From Terriglobia bacterium (GTDB lineage Bacteria; Acidobacteriota; Terriglobia; JAJPHL01; JAPKYU01), in assembly GCA_965223005.1 (NCBI GenBank), contig CBDCVK010000010.1, forward strand, positions 224,001-288,000: a DNA stretch of 64,000 bases, written 5' to 3'. A program made the translations under genes and the position numbers. Below the pieces are notes generated by a model. That model saw only the letters and a program-made list of their open reading frames with translations, was not told where the DNA came from and searched no databases. Below are positions 32,405 to 43,145 of this stretch, piece after piece (positions within the stretch are counted from its first letter, which is position 1; each line of letters starts with the position of its first letter).

Positions 32405-33232
32405 TTGCTGCTAAAAGGCAAGTTCGTCTTGGTTACCGGTGCCAGCCAGGGCATTGGGCACGCGCTGGCTGTTGGGATGGCCGCACGCGGGGCCGCCGTG
32501 GGAATCAACTATAAGACGAACCGCCAAGGTGCCGAACGGACGTTGCGTCGTATCGAGCAAACCGGAGGCAGCGCCGCCATCTTTCAGGCGGACGTTGGCG
32601 AAAAGCGCCAGGCCGAGAATATGGTCCACCGGTTCGTGGAACGTTTCGGGCGGATCGACACGCTAGTCAACAACGCCGCCCGAACCCGACTCGGACCTCT
32701 CCTGGGGGTCACCGAAGAAGACTGGCTCGATGTAGTCAACACCAATCTAAAAGGCACGTACTTTGCGAGCGCCGCGGCTGTTGGTCATATGCAGGGCGAT
32801 CAAATGGAGGGTGGCCATAAACAGAATGGCGAGGGCGGGTCGATCGTTAACGTCAGTTCCTGCGCGGCCAGTCTGATGGTGCCGTTTCACTCGGTCTACA
32901 CCATGTCAAAAGGAGGAATCGAAGCCCTCACGCGTGAGTTGGCGGTGGAGCTGGCGCCGCGAGTTCGCGTCAACTGTATTTCGCCGGCGCCCACCAGTAC
33001 AGACCGCAATCGAGGCTATGATCCGCAATACGACGAGCGCTGGGGGGCAGTCATCCCCATGCAACGCGTGGCCCAACCGGAGGACATGGTGGGCGCGGTA
33101 GCATTCCTGGCCTCCGAGCACGCCGCGTTTATCACCGGCCAAATCCTGCAAGTGGACGGCGGCTGGACGCTCAAAGGACACACCCCGGATTTGACTCAGG
33201 AAGACTTCTCAGCGGACCGACTGCGTGGCTAG
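32405..33232 (+). CDS. SDR family oxidoreductase
   Basis: TGASQGIG, NNA, YTMSK, VDGG. Confidence 0.9.
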   Translation: MLLKGKFVLVTGASQGIGHALAVGMAARGAAVGINYKTNRQGAERTLRRIEQTGGSAAIFQADVGEKRQAENMVHRFVERFGRIDTLVNNAARTRLGPLLGVTEEDWLDVVNTNLKGTYFASAAAVGHMQGDQMEGGHKQNGEGGSIVNVSSCAASLMVPFHSVYTMSKGGIEALTRELAVELAPRVRVNCISPAPTSTDRNRGYDPQYDERWGAVIPMQRVAQPEDMVGAVAFLASEHAAFITGQILQVDGGWTLKGHTPDLTQEDFSADRLRG

Positions 33233-33493
33233 ACCCTTGAGGCGCCCGAGCGTGCGACCAGAGAAACCAAAAAACTCGGTAGCTCGCCTTCATGTTTTAA
33301 CGGGAATTTCCGGGCATGCGTAGGACGACTACTTTGCCAAACCTAACTGTCTCCCGGCGCAGACAGGTAGCCGTGGTGCTGGGGGTGCTGATCTTGGGGC
33401 TTCACCGAGTGACTGACTTATATTTTGGCGCTAAGAAGTGGCCCATTCGAAATTCCAGGTGGGGTCGCTCGGGACCTATCATTTAGGCAATCT

Positions 33494-34504
33494 ATGCGAC
33501 GAAAAGTCATACTCAAAGCGCTGCGAGCAGTTCTGCTCGTGGAATTACTGTTCTTGCTGTTCGTTGGTCTGCAGTGGATTTACCCGGGAATGATCTGGTT
33601 CTTCATCGGTGGCGCTGGCCATTTGAGAGACCCGCATTGCTCAACTCTCAAGGCTGTGTGGGCGTCCCGCATCGTGAAAGCGGAGGAGGCTGCGGTAAAG
33701 AAAATCGCAGCCGAAACCCGACGCGTCGCTGTCGATGGAGACCTGGAGTTGCTGCAAACACCGGCAGGTCGCTACCTGGTTCCCGGCAATACGTCGGAAT
33801 CAAAACCAAGCTCGGGCAACCTCCTTGCAATACTTCTGGCTCAACAGCAGCGGGGCATTTACGGAAATTCGGAGTGGGGCGTTCGTTCCGGAGATACCGT
33901 GCTGGACGCCGGTGCACATGTCGGAGTTTTCACCCGGAAGGCGCTCGATTCCGGCGCGGCGTTGGTTGTCGCCATCGAACCTTCCCCGAAGGCAATCCGC
34001 TGCCTCCGACGAAACTTCGCTTCCGAGATTTCGGCCGGGCGGGTCATCGTTTATCCGAAGGGTGTCTGGAACCGGGACGAGATACTCACCTTCTATTTGA
34101 ACACCATCACTGGCGCTGGGGACAGCTTCCTCATTGCTGCTGGACAGCCATCCACACTCCAAGTTCCGGTAGTTACAGTCGATACCCTGGTGCGCGAACT
34201 CCGCCTGCCGCGCGTGGATTTCATCAAGGCCGACATAAAGGGAGCAAGTGCCCGCATGGTTCAAGGCGCCCGCGAAACTCTGACCGCGTACCGACCAAGG
34301 CTTGTTTTTGCAACAGAGGAGGTTGAAGACGAACCCCTCTTGATTGAGGAGGCAGTGCATCAAGCTTGCCCCGGATGCTACGAGATGAAGTGCGGCCCGT
34401 GTCGGGTTGGCGGCTGGCTCTGGGCCATTGGCGGCCACCGCGAAGTCTACATGGAGACGCTTTTCTTCCGGGCTGTGCCGGGCACCTCGCGAGTGGCCCA
34501 ATGA
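33494..34504 (+). CDS. FkbM family methyltransferase with N-terminal membrane anchor
   Basis: VLDAGAHVGVF, IEP, VDFIKADIKG. Confidence 0.8.
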   Translation: MRRKVILKALRAVLLVELLFLLFVGLQWIYPGMIWFFIGGAGHLRDPHCSTLKAVWASRIVKAEEAAVKKIAAETRRVAVDGDLELLQTPAGRYLVPGNTSESKPSSGNLLAILLAQQQRGIYGNSEWGVRSGDTVLDAGAHVGVFTRKALDSGAALVVAIEPSPKAIRCLRRNFASEISAGRVIVYPKGVWNRDEILTFYLNTITGAGDSFLIAAGQPSTLQVPVVTVDTLVRELRLPRVDFIKADIKGASARMVQGARETLTAYRPRLVFATEEVEDEPLLIEEAVHQACPGCYEMKCGPCRVGGWLWAIGGHREVYMETLFFRAVPGTSRVAQ

Positions 34505-34601
34505 ACCGGTAACAGAGGGAGAGGCACCTTGCGCGCTCAAGCAGCACCGCACCGCAGGAATGATTTGCAGGCCTGCGGGCATTTCGATACTTTGTAACGG
34601 C

Positions 34602-36026
34602 ATGGAGCAGCAGGCCGAAGGCGCAGTTCCTATAGACCCCTACAGACTATCGGAAGACGCGGTCCAGGAGCCGCCGACTTCGCTGCTGCAATCGTTGCGA
34701 AGGATCGGCCCCGGGCTGATCCTGGCCGGCTCCATCGTCGGCACCGGAGAGCTGATCGCCACCACACACGTAGGCGCGCAGGCGGGCTTCGCCCTGCTGT
34801 GGCTGGTGATTGTGAGTTGCTTCATCAAGACGTTCGCGCAGATCGAGCTGGCGCGCTACACCATCTCCTCAGGCCTGACCACGTTCGCCGCGTTTCGGCA
34901 ACTGCCCGGGCCGGGCTTCTTGCTGCCCTGGTGGTGGTTGGTGATGGCGGTGACAGCCCAAACGCAGGTGGCGGCCATGGTGGGCGGCATAGGCCAGGCG
35001 GTCCACATGGCCGTGCCAGGCGTTTCCTCTGCAATCGCTGAAGGCGTGGGCTTGGCTGCCCGACCCGAGCTGCCCTGGGCCGTGCTGATCGCGCTGCTGG
35101 TTGCAACGCTGACGGCAGTGGGCAGCTACGGGGTGGTGGAGCGCGGCACCACCTTGCTGGTGGCGGTCTTCACCTTGATGACGGTGGGCTGCGTGCTGCT
35201 GTTGCCCTGGACGGGCCACTCGTTTGGTTGGCGCGAGATCTCCTCCGGCCTTTCCTTTCAGATTCCCGCCCATGCAATCGGGCCGGCCTTCGCCATGTTT
35301 GGCCTCACCGGGGTGGCAGCCTCCGAACTGATCGCCTACCCCTACTTTTGCATCGAGAAAGGCTATGCGCGCCACGTCGGCCCGCGCAGCACGGATGAGG
35401 CCTGGATCCGACGCGCCCGCGGGTGGCTGCGCGTGGTGCACTTGGACGCCTTTCTGAGCATGGTCGTGTTCACGGTGGCCACAGTGGCCTTCTATCTGCT
35501 AGGGGCCTCGGTCTTACACCAATACACCGGGCCGGAAGGGTTGCCGGGTACTGTCAGCGGCATGCTGCAAGTGCTTTCGCAAATGTACGTGCCCGTGCTG
35601 GGCGAGCGCGTGGCGCTCTGGTTCATTGTGATCGGCGCCTTTTCCGTGCTGTTCTCTAGTTTCTTTGTCTCCACGGCCACCATCGGTCGCACCCTGACCG
35701 ATTTTCTGAAGGTCAACGGCTTTATCCAGCTTGCCCACCCGGGCGACCGGTGGTGGTGGATTCGCCGTTTCTGCTTCGTGTTTCCGTTTCTGCATCTCTT
35801 CCTGTTTGTGTGGGTTGCCAACCCAGTGCAGTTGGTCATCATTGGTGGGTTCGGCCAGGCCCTGACGCTGCCCATGATCGCCGCCGCTGCCGTCTACATG
35901 CGCTACCGCAGAAGCGACCGTCGCCTCACCCCAGGCTTGCTGTGGGATGCTTTCCTGTGGCTTTCCCTGCTGTGCTTCTTCGCCACCGCCTTCTACGGCG
36001 TCTGGAACACCTACCAGAAGCTGTAG
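34602..36026 (+). CDS. Nramp-superfamily membrane transporter
   Basis: GPGLILAGSIVGTGELI, multiple TM helices, YPYFCIEKGY. Confidence 0.8.
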   Translation: MEQQAEGAVPIDPYRLSEDAVQEPPTSLLQSLRRIGPGLILAGSIVGTGELIATTHVGAQAGFALLWLVIVSCFIKTFAQIELARYTISSGLTTFAAFRQLPGPGFLLPWWWLVMAVTAQTQVAAMVGGIGQAVHMAVPGVSSAIAEGVGLAARPELPWAVLIALLVATLTAVGSYGVVERGTTLLVAVFTLMTVGCVLLLPWTGHSFGWREISSGLSFQIPAHAIGPAFAMFGLTGVAASELIAYPYFCIEKGYARHVGPRSTDEAWIRRARGWLRVVHLDAFLSMVVFTVATVAFYLLGASVLHQYTGPEGLPGTVSGMLQVLSQMYVPVLGERVALWFIVIGAFSVLFSSFFVSTATIGRTLTDFLKVNGFIQLAHPGDRWWWIRRFCFVFPFLHLFLFVWVANPVQLVIIGGFGQALTLPMIAAAAVYMRYRRSDRRLTPGLLWDAFLWLSLLCFFATAFYGVWNTYQKL

Positions 36027-36253
36027 TGAGCCCAAAGTCCAAAGCCTGGACACTGCGATCTATTGCTCTCAGGGTGGCGGTGCATGACCCGCTTTCCCAA
36101 AGTGGACATGCAAACCCTCAGGGTGTAGTGTTGGGCATTCCCTATGAGATCGTTGGGAAAACCGATGGCTCCTAGGTTAAGGAGCACTCCGGCCGCGAGG
36201 TCCGGGAAAAAAGGCGGGAAAAAAGGCAGGAAAAGAGCCAGGAAAAAAGAACG

Positions 36254-37221
36254 ATGAATGTCGAAAATATCAGAAGGTTAGCTGTTATCGGCGCCGGCCT
36301 AATGGGCCATGGAATTGCCCAGGAATTTGCGGCGGCGGGGTATGAGGTCGCCCTCCACGATCTGACGGAGGAGAAACTACATCAAGCTCGAGTAAACATT
36401 CAGGGCAACCTCGCAATGCTAGCCGATATGGGGCTGGGAGACGCAAAGCAGATTCCGTCGGTAGCGAGGCGAGTTCATTGCTATACGGATCTCAAGGAGG
36501 CGGTCGACAGCGTCCAACTCGTAATTGAATGCGTCTCTGAAGACTTGGCAGTCAAACATCGGGTCTTTCGCGAGTTAGACGAGTTCTGTCCTCCTGCTGC
36601 CATACTGGCAAGTAATACTTCCAGCTTGCTTCCCAGTAGACTGGCATCCGTCACAAAAAGGCCTGACAGGGTTTTGGTGACACATTACTTCAATCCTCCA
36701 TACTTGATCCCGTTCGTGGAGGTGGTTCGAGGTTCTGAAACTGCGGCGGCCGTTGTCACAACCGTCTTTGAGTTACTCAAGAAGGTGGGTAAGAGTCCGG
36801 TTATCATGCAGAAGGAAGCTCCTGGCTTTATAGGGAATCGACTCCAGGCAGCCCTTTTTCGGGAAGCCCTCTCGATGGTGGAACGGGGCATCGCCAGCCC
36901 ACAGGACGTAGACCTAGCTGTCAATGGTCGCCAAACAACGGCTTTGGCCGGAGGCTGGCCGCTGCGGGAGTCTTTCAACTTCTTGATATCGCGGGCTGGG
37001 ACACGGTAGCTGGCAGCGAGCGAAAATATCTTCCCGGATATTGAATCTTCCAGGGGCAAGTATCCGCGGGACTGATGGGACAGATGGTCAAGCGCGGGGA
37101 GCTCGGAGTGAAAACCGGGAAAGGAATTTACTCATGGACTCCTGAATCGGCCACGACTTTGAAGCTCAGAATTGCACAAACTCTCGTCGATGTCGCGAAA
37201 AGAGATTCGGAAAAGCCGTGA
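36254..37221 (+). pseudogene. 3-hydroxyacyl-CoA dehydrogenase, frameshifted
   Basis: GAGLMGHG, ASNTSS, HYFNPP, PGFIGNRL; C-terminal motifs (NGFGRRL, GELGVKTGKGIYSW) continue in other frames after shifts near 36925, 37009 and 37057. Confidence 0.85.
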
Positions 37222-37294
37222 CGCAAACACAATTAGGGCGATCTTCGCGAATAAGAGAGGACTACTGAACGGCAGAAAAGTAATTGGCCGCCCG

Positions 37295-39553
37295 ATGATC
37301 CAATATCTTTCGCCGGCACACTGGCGGCGCCAGAAGTGTCATGGTCGCCGGCTCTGGCTTTTCTTCGCTGTCCTGTTTGCCTACGGAAGCTTTGCACTCG
37401 CCAGTTCAACGGGCTTCACGCCGCTGGCGGGGGATATGACTACCTTCGACCCTGCCCAGCAAGTGTTTCCTACCTCAGGTGATCGGATCAAAGTCGCCGT
37501 CTTCTTTCCATTCAGTGGTGCGGCAGCTATCAACGGGCATATCGCCTGGGCGAATATCGGTTGGGCTGTACACGACGCCAATACACAGGGAGGAATTTGG
37601 GTAGATGGTAAGAAGAAGAAAATCCAGCTGATTCGCGCAGACCATCAAGGCAAACCTTCCACGGCGAAGCGGGTCCTTGAAAGGATGTGTCAAAGCGAAC
37701 AGGTGGACGTGATTATTGGGACTTCCGGTAGTCATCTCAGCCTCATCGCCCAACAAGTGGCTCTAAAATATAAAACCATTTATCTGAATGCTGCCGCTTT
37801 GTCCGATATGCTCATGGATGAGCGGAATTTTAACCGTTATGCGTTCAGGACCTGTCCTACGACAACAATGCTGGCCAGAGGGCTAGCACACTTTTACGCT
37901 CCTCGGCCTGTCCGGAAATTTTATATCCTCTGCCAGGACTACGTGTACGGCCATGCGTTTGGGGAAGCCTTCAGAAAGACGCTGCTAGAGCAGAAGCCGA
38001 ATGCTCAGATCGTGGGGGAAGATTATCATCCTCTTTTTGCTAAGGACTACGCGCCCTACCTCGAGAAGGTACGGGGCTTCGGGGCAGAGGTCATCATTAC
38101 CGGCGACTGGCCGCCCGACATTGACAACCTGGTCAAGCAGTCGCGGCAATTGGGCATGCGGACTCCGATAGCAGGGCCTTTTGCCGATATGCCGACTGCA
38201 CTGGAAGCCGTCGGTGGGCCGGCTGGAGTGGGTCTGGCCGTGGTGAGCGCCTTCAATACAACTCACCCTCTCGCACAAGACTTTATGAAGGCCTGGAACA
38301 ACCAGTGGCGGACGTGGAAAGTGCCTCCTTACACCAGCAGCACGTTCAAGTGGCCAATTGGCATTCCCGCTTTCGAAACCATTTCCACTTACTGGTACCT
38401 CAATCTGCTTGCCGAGTTGGGCAGTACCGATCCGGAGAAAGTGGTGGGCGCATTTGAAAAGAGTGAATACCAGATATTTGGAGTGCAGCTGAAGATGCAG
38501 TCCTCAAATCATCAGACAATTATGGACATGGCTGCATCCGAGCTGGTCTTTCCCAATAAATGGCACGAAAACGCCGCTGGCTGGGGAAAGTTTGTAACCA
38601 TTCCCGCCGACTCAATCTCACGGAGCAGACCCCGGGGCGCCGAAGCTGACATTGCGCCGCGACAAGTGGCAAACCAGAGGTCCAATTGGCCGATGTACCT
38701 TTCCCAGGCCATCCATGGGTTGACCTACGGCATGCTGCTCTTCCTCGTCGCTTCTGGCCTGACTTTGATCTTCGGAATGATGGGGGTTCTGAACATCGCA
38801 CACGCGTCGTTTTTCATGCTGGCCGCCTATCTCTCCTACGAGATGCTCGTTCAGGTCGGCAACTTTTGGTTCGGGCTACTAGTAGCTCCTCTGGCCGTAG
38901 GCATCCTGGGCGTTCTGATGCAGCGATTTCTGTTGGCAAGAGTTCAGGCCCATGGTCTAGGACACATGGGCGAGCTACTCCTTACCTTTGGAATTGCCCT
39001 TCTGATATCTGAAGGCGTCAAGATGCTCTGGGGCACGGACAGTCTAGTGATACCGATTCCGGACTCCCTGAAAGGAGTCGTGACGGTTGGAGGAATTCAA
39101 TATCCAATCTATCGTTTATTCGTTGTTGGGTTGTCCTTTGCCATTCTCGGTTTGCTTGCCTTGCTGGTATTCAAAACGCGGTTGGGTACGACCCTGAGGG
39201 CCGCTGTTTCGGATGCCGAAATGGTCGGCGCCCTTGGCATCAATATGCGCCTCATTTCCTCGTTGGTCTTCGGGATTGGGACTTGGATGGCTGGGGTCGC
39301 CGGCGTGGCTGCGGCGCCGTTGTTAACCGTATATCCGGGCATGGCCGAGCAGATGAGCCTGGATGCCTTTGTCGTCGTGGTGGTTGGAGGGCTGGGAAGC
39401 CTGCCAGGGGCCTTCATCGTTTCCCTTGTCCTGGGTGAATTAAACGCTTACGGAATACAGTTCATTCCTCGTCTGGCGCCGGTGCTCACGTTCGCCCTGA
39501 TGGCAATCGTGCTAGCTGGCAGGCCGACGGGACTGTTCGGAGAAAGAAAGTGA
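37295..39553 (+). CDS. Fused branched-chain amino acid-type ABC substrate-binding protein + LivH-type permease
   Basis: Periplasmic domain (PFSGAAA, DYVYGH, DYAPYL) in frame with ASGLTLIFGMMGVLNIAH and VVVVVGGLGSLPG permease motifs. Confidence 0.85.
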   Translation: MIQYLSPAHWRRQKCHGRRLWLFFAVLFAYGSFALASSTGFTPLAGDMTTFDPAQQVFPTSGDRIKVAVFFPFSGAAAINGHIAWANIGWAVHDANTQGGIWVDGKKKKIQLIRADHQGKPSTAKRVLERMCQSEQVDVIIGTSGSHLSLIAQQVALKYKTIYLNAAALSDMLMDERNFNRYAFRTCPTTTMLARGLAHFYAPRPVRKFYILCQDYVYGHAFGEAFRKTLLEQKPNAQIVGEDYHPLFAKDYAPYLEKVRGFGAEVIITGDWPPDIDNLVKQSRQLGMRTPIAGPFADMPTALEAVGGPAGVGLAVVSAFNTTHPLAQDFMKAWNNQWRTWKVPPYTSSTFKWPIGIPAFETISTYWYLNLLAELGSTDPEKVVGAFEKSEYQIFGVQLKMQSSNHQTIMDMAASELVFPNKWHENAAGWGKFVTIPADSISRSRPRGAEADIAPRQVANQRSNWPMYLSQAIHGLTYGMLLFLVASGLTLIFGMMGVLNIAHASFFMLAAYLSYEMLVQVGNFWFGLLVAPLAVGILGVLMQRFLLARVQAHGLGHMGELLLTFGIALLISEGVKMLWGTDSLVIPIPDSLKGVVTVGGIQYPIYRLFVVGLSFAILGLLALLVFKTRLGTTLRAAVSDAEMVGALGINMRLISSLVFGIGTWMAGVAGVAAAPLLTVYPGMAEQMSLDAFVVVVVGGLGSLPGAFIVSLVLGELNAYGIQFIPRLAPVLTFALMAIVLAGRPTGLFGERK

Positions 39554-40521
39554 AGCGTCACAAACGAATCGCCCTGGGGGTGATTGGCATTCTCTGTCTG
39601 TTGACGACTCCCCAGTTCCTGAGTGCCATTCACACCAACATTCTGGTGGAGCTGGCCATCAGTGCGACGTTCGCCGTAAGTGTGAATCTCCTGTTGAGCT
39701 ATGCTGGGCTGCTCAGTTTTGGGCACGCTCTTTTTTTCGGGAGCGGCGCTTATGCCACAGCGCTCGCACTGACTCACATCGAGGGTTTAGGTCCGATCAC
39801 CGCTCTGTTACTCGGGGGATTGGCCGGGTTTCTGGTCGCTGCACTTTGCAGTCCGTTTCTCGGGCGGATCAGCGGAACGGCTTTTGCCATGCTGAGCCTT
39901 GCGTTAGGTCAGCTGATGTACGTCATGTGCCTGAAATATAGAGAAGTGACAGGAGGTGAAGACGGAATCGCGGGTTTCCCTATCCCTCCCTTAATTATCC
40001 CGGGGATTCTTCGCGTGGAACTGACAGACCCGACCAACTTCTTCTATTTTGCCCTCATCGTTCTTGGCGCTAGCATCGGGCTGATGTGGCACCTGACCAG
40101 GACCCCTTTTGGCAGCCTCGTGATCGGGATCGGAAATAATGCTGAAAGGGTCAGCTACCTGGGGTTTCACGTTTCCTACACGAAAGCCGTTCTCGTCATG
40201 ATTTCTGGAACGTTTGCCGGCGTGGCCGGATCCGTTTTCGCCCTTTTCCACAATGTGGTCTCCACGGATGGAGTTCTTCACCTGATGGTGTCTTTCTTTC
40301 CTCTCATGGCAATCCTCGTGGGTGGCATCGGAACCTTTTCGGGACCAATTCTCGGTTCCGGGATTCTGATTCTGGTCGAGGATTGGAGTAGCCGGTACAC
40401 AGAACACGTGGAGCTTGTGACCGGCTTAACATTCGTCGTGGTTGTGCTTTTCCTGCCTTCGGGACTGGGTGGTTTGGCAAAAATACTCAGGCGAAGATCA
40501 CTCACTGCTTCCCCGGAGTAG
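39550..40521 (+). CDS. livM: ABC transporter permease LivM-like
   Basis: GLLSFGHALFFGSGAY, TGGEDG, GGIGTFSGPILG. Confidence 0.85.
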   Translation: MKRHKRIALGVIGILCLLTTPQFLSAIHTNILVELAISATFAVSVNLLLSYAGLLSFGHALFFGSGAYATALALTHIEGLGPITALLLGGLAGFLVAALCSPFLGRISGTAFAMLSLALGQLMYVMCLKYREVTGGEDGIAGFPIPPLIIPGILRVELTDPTNFFYFALIVLGASIGLMWHLTRTPFGSLVIGIGNNAERVSYLGFHVSYTKAVLVMISGTFAGVAGSVFALFHNVVSTDGVLHLMVSFFPLMAILVGGIGTFSGPILGSGILILVEDWSSRYTEHVELVTGLTFVVVVLFLPSGLGGLAKILRRRSLTASPE

Positions 40522-40541
40522 ATCACGGAGTCAGGTTCTCA

Positions 40542-41288
40542 GTGAACATCCTCGAGACCAAAGATCTACATCACGATTTCGAGGGATTGAAAGTCCTTTC
40601 TGGAGTGAACCTGCAGGTCAAGCAAGGGGAACGTCACGCCATCATCGGACCTAACGGTGCGGGAAAGACGACTCTCTTTAATATTATTGCCGGTGCCTTT
40701 CGACCACGTAGTGGGCGCGTGTTCTACAAGGGTAGCGACATCACGGGCTTCAAACCTCACAGACTTGCACGGCTCGGGATTAGCCGATCGTTCCAGATTA
40801 CGAGTACTTTTCCGCGCCTGACGACCTTTGAGAACATGCGAATGGCGATTCTGTCCAATCACGGGATGCGCTTCAACTTTCACCGAAAGGTGGACAAACT
40901 CACAGCAGTGTCAGGGGCAACCCATGCCGCTCTAAGACGCGTTGACCTCGACGAGGACTCCGACCAACAAGCCGGCATGCTTTCTTATGGGAAGAGCCGC
41001 GCCCTCGAGGTGGGCCTGGCCGTGTTTACCAACACAGAGTTGGCCTTGCTCGACGAACCGACAGCCGGCATGTCAAAAGAAGAAACGGTTCGCAGTATCG
41101 ACCTGATTAGACAGTTGACAGCCGGGAAGACCGTCATCATCGTGGAGCACGACATGGACGTGGTCTTTTCCCTCGCCGATCGGGTCACCGTGCTCCACTA
41201 CGGCTCGATTCTGGCGTCGGGAAGCCCGAAGGAGGTTCGGGAGGACCCACGGGTCAAAGAGGCCTATCTCGGTCACGACCAGGCTTGA
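40542..41288 (+). CDS. livG: ABC ATP-binding protein LivG-like
   Basis: GPNGAGKTT, LSYG, LLDEPTAG, VKEAYLG. Confidence 0.9.
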   Translation: MNILETKDLHHDFEGLKVLSGVNLQVKQGERHAIIGPNGAGKTTLFNIIAGAFRPRSGRVFYKGSDITGFKPHRLARLGISRSFQITSTFPRLTTFENMRMAILSNHGMRFNFHRKVDKLTAVSGATHAALRRVDLDEDSDQQAGMLSYGKSRALEVGLAVFTNTELALLDEPTAGMSKEETVRSIDLIRQLTAGKTVIIVEHDMDVVFSLADRVTVLHYGSILASGSPKEVREDPRVKEAYLGHDQA

Positions 41289-42007
41289 CATTGCTTCTCG
41301 AAGTCAACCAACTCAACGCCTTTTACGGGTCAAGTCACGTCCTCCAAGGGGTGTCCCTCAATGTCAATCGGGCTGAAATTGTCGCCATCCTGGGACGCAA
41401 CGGCGTCGGGAAGAGTACGACGCTCAAAACGATCATGGGCTTGGTCCGGCCGAGGTCCGGTTCGGTCATCTTCGATGGATTGGATATCTCCGTTTTGCCT
41501 CCCTACAAGGTGGCCCGCGCTGGTATTGGTTATGTCCCGGAAGACAAAAGGATATTTCCTAATCTTTCTGTGCGGGAGAACCTTTTGCTGGCAAAGAGGA
41601 GCGTTGCGGCCGGCAACGAAGGCCAGTCGGAACTATGGACCGCGGAGAGAGTTTTCCAACGCTTTCCTATGCTCGAAAGGAGAGCTGACAACAAAGGGGC
41701 GCAGCTGTCTGGCGGCGAACAGCAGATGCTGGCCATTGGTAGAGCGTTGATGGGCAATCCTGTGCTCTTGCTCGTTGATGAACCAACCGAAGGGCTGGCG
41801 CCGCTTCTGGTTGATCAAGTGCGGGATGTCCTTCGTCAGATCAACCAGGCAGGTGTCTCCGTTCTCCTCACCGAACACAACATGCGCGTGGCGCTCTCCC
41901 TGGCACATCGCGTGTACCTGATGGGAAAGGGTCACATCGGATTCTCCGGGACCGTAGACGAGCTGAACTCTGAGCCTGAGATCAAATCGAAGTACCTTGG
42001 GATCTAG
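41285..42007 (+). CDS. livF: ABC ATP-binding protein LivF-like
   Basis: GRNGVGKST, LSGGEQQML, DEPTEGLAP. Confidence 0.9.
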   Translation: MTLLLEVNQLNAFYGSSHVLQGVSLNVNRAEIVAILGRNGVGKSTTLKTIMGLVRPRSGSVIFDGLDISVLPPYKVARAGIGYVPEDKRIFPNLSVRENLLLAKRSVAAGNEGQSELWTAERVFQRFPMLERRADNKGAQLSGGEQQMLAIGRALMGNPVLLLVDEPTEGLAPLLVDQVRDVLRQINQAGVSVLLTEHNMRVALSLAHRVYLMGKGHIGFSGTVDELNSEPEIKSKYLGI

Positions 42008-42221
42008 AATCTCAGGTTGTCTGCGGACTCAAACTATATTCGCCTCAGGAATAAGAGTTCCTTTCGGGCAGCATCAACATTGCCTTCCGAGGGCCATATC
42101 CTAAAGCCTGTAGACGTTGACACCCCCAAAGGAGACCCAGATAATGCCTGGGTCAACCACAGCAAAAAGTCGAAAACCGTTCGGCCTGAAAAGACCATTC
42201 CAGGTGGGAGTTTGAATTCGC

Positions 42222-43010
42222 ATGGCAACAGCCAAATCGCTGCGTGTAGTGGTTACCGCAGGAGCCTCGGGGATTGGAAGAACCATTGCGGAGACCTTTC
42301 TCGCTCAGGGATCTTCTGTTCACGTCTGCGACATTTCCGAGACCTACCTTGAGGAGATCGCCGACACCCTTCCCCGCGTCGGCACGACACGGGCTGACGT
42401 TGCCGATGAACATCAGGTTGACCGGTTGTTTCAGGAAGCTACCAGCCACCTGGGTGGGCTCGATGTCCTGGTCAATAACGCGGGCATCGCTGGGCCGACA
42501 GCGGCGGTCGAGGAAGTCCAGCTGGAAGATTGGGCACGGACTTTGTTCACGCGGTCAACATAACGGGTCAGTTTCTTTGCGCTCGTCGCGTCAATAACGC
42601 GGGTCCCGCTCTTGAAGCGGGCCGGTGGCGGGTCGATCGTAAACATTTCCTCCGTCGCTGGGCGTCTGGGCCTGCCTTTGCGCGCGCCGTACTCAACATC
42701 GAAATGGGCGGTGGTGGGTTTCACCAAGACTCTGGCGGCGGAACTTGGCCCGCATGGAATCCGGGTCAATGCCATCCTGCCGGGGATGATCGACAATGAA
42801 AGAATGAAGGATGTCATCGAGGCTAAGGCGAGAGCGACTGGGATGAGCTATGCAGAATTGGAGGAGGAGTTAGTACGCTCGGTGTCGTTGCGAAAGAAAA
42901 TCAGCCCCCAAGATGTCGCTAACATGATCATTTTCCTTTGCTCCGATGCAGGAAGTAGCATCTCGGGCCAGGCGATCAGCGTCTGTGGGAATACGGAGTA
43001 TGCTCGCTGA
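42222..43010 (+). pseudogene. SDR family oxidoreductase interrupted by two small insertions
   Basis: TAGASGIG, NNAGIAGP, then YSTSK in the same frame after stop 42561-63; insertions near 42546 (5 nt) and 42590 (10 nt). Confidence 0.85.
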
Positions 43011-43145
43011 GAAAGGCCTACAGGCTAACGGGGATTCACACGCAGACCTATTACGGGCATTAAATCCCTTCGTGATCTATAGCAGGATATTTGACAGACC
43101 AATAGTGGAGTACCAGGGGCCAACCTGGTTCGCTCGAAGATGCGG

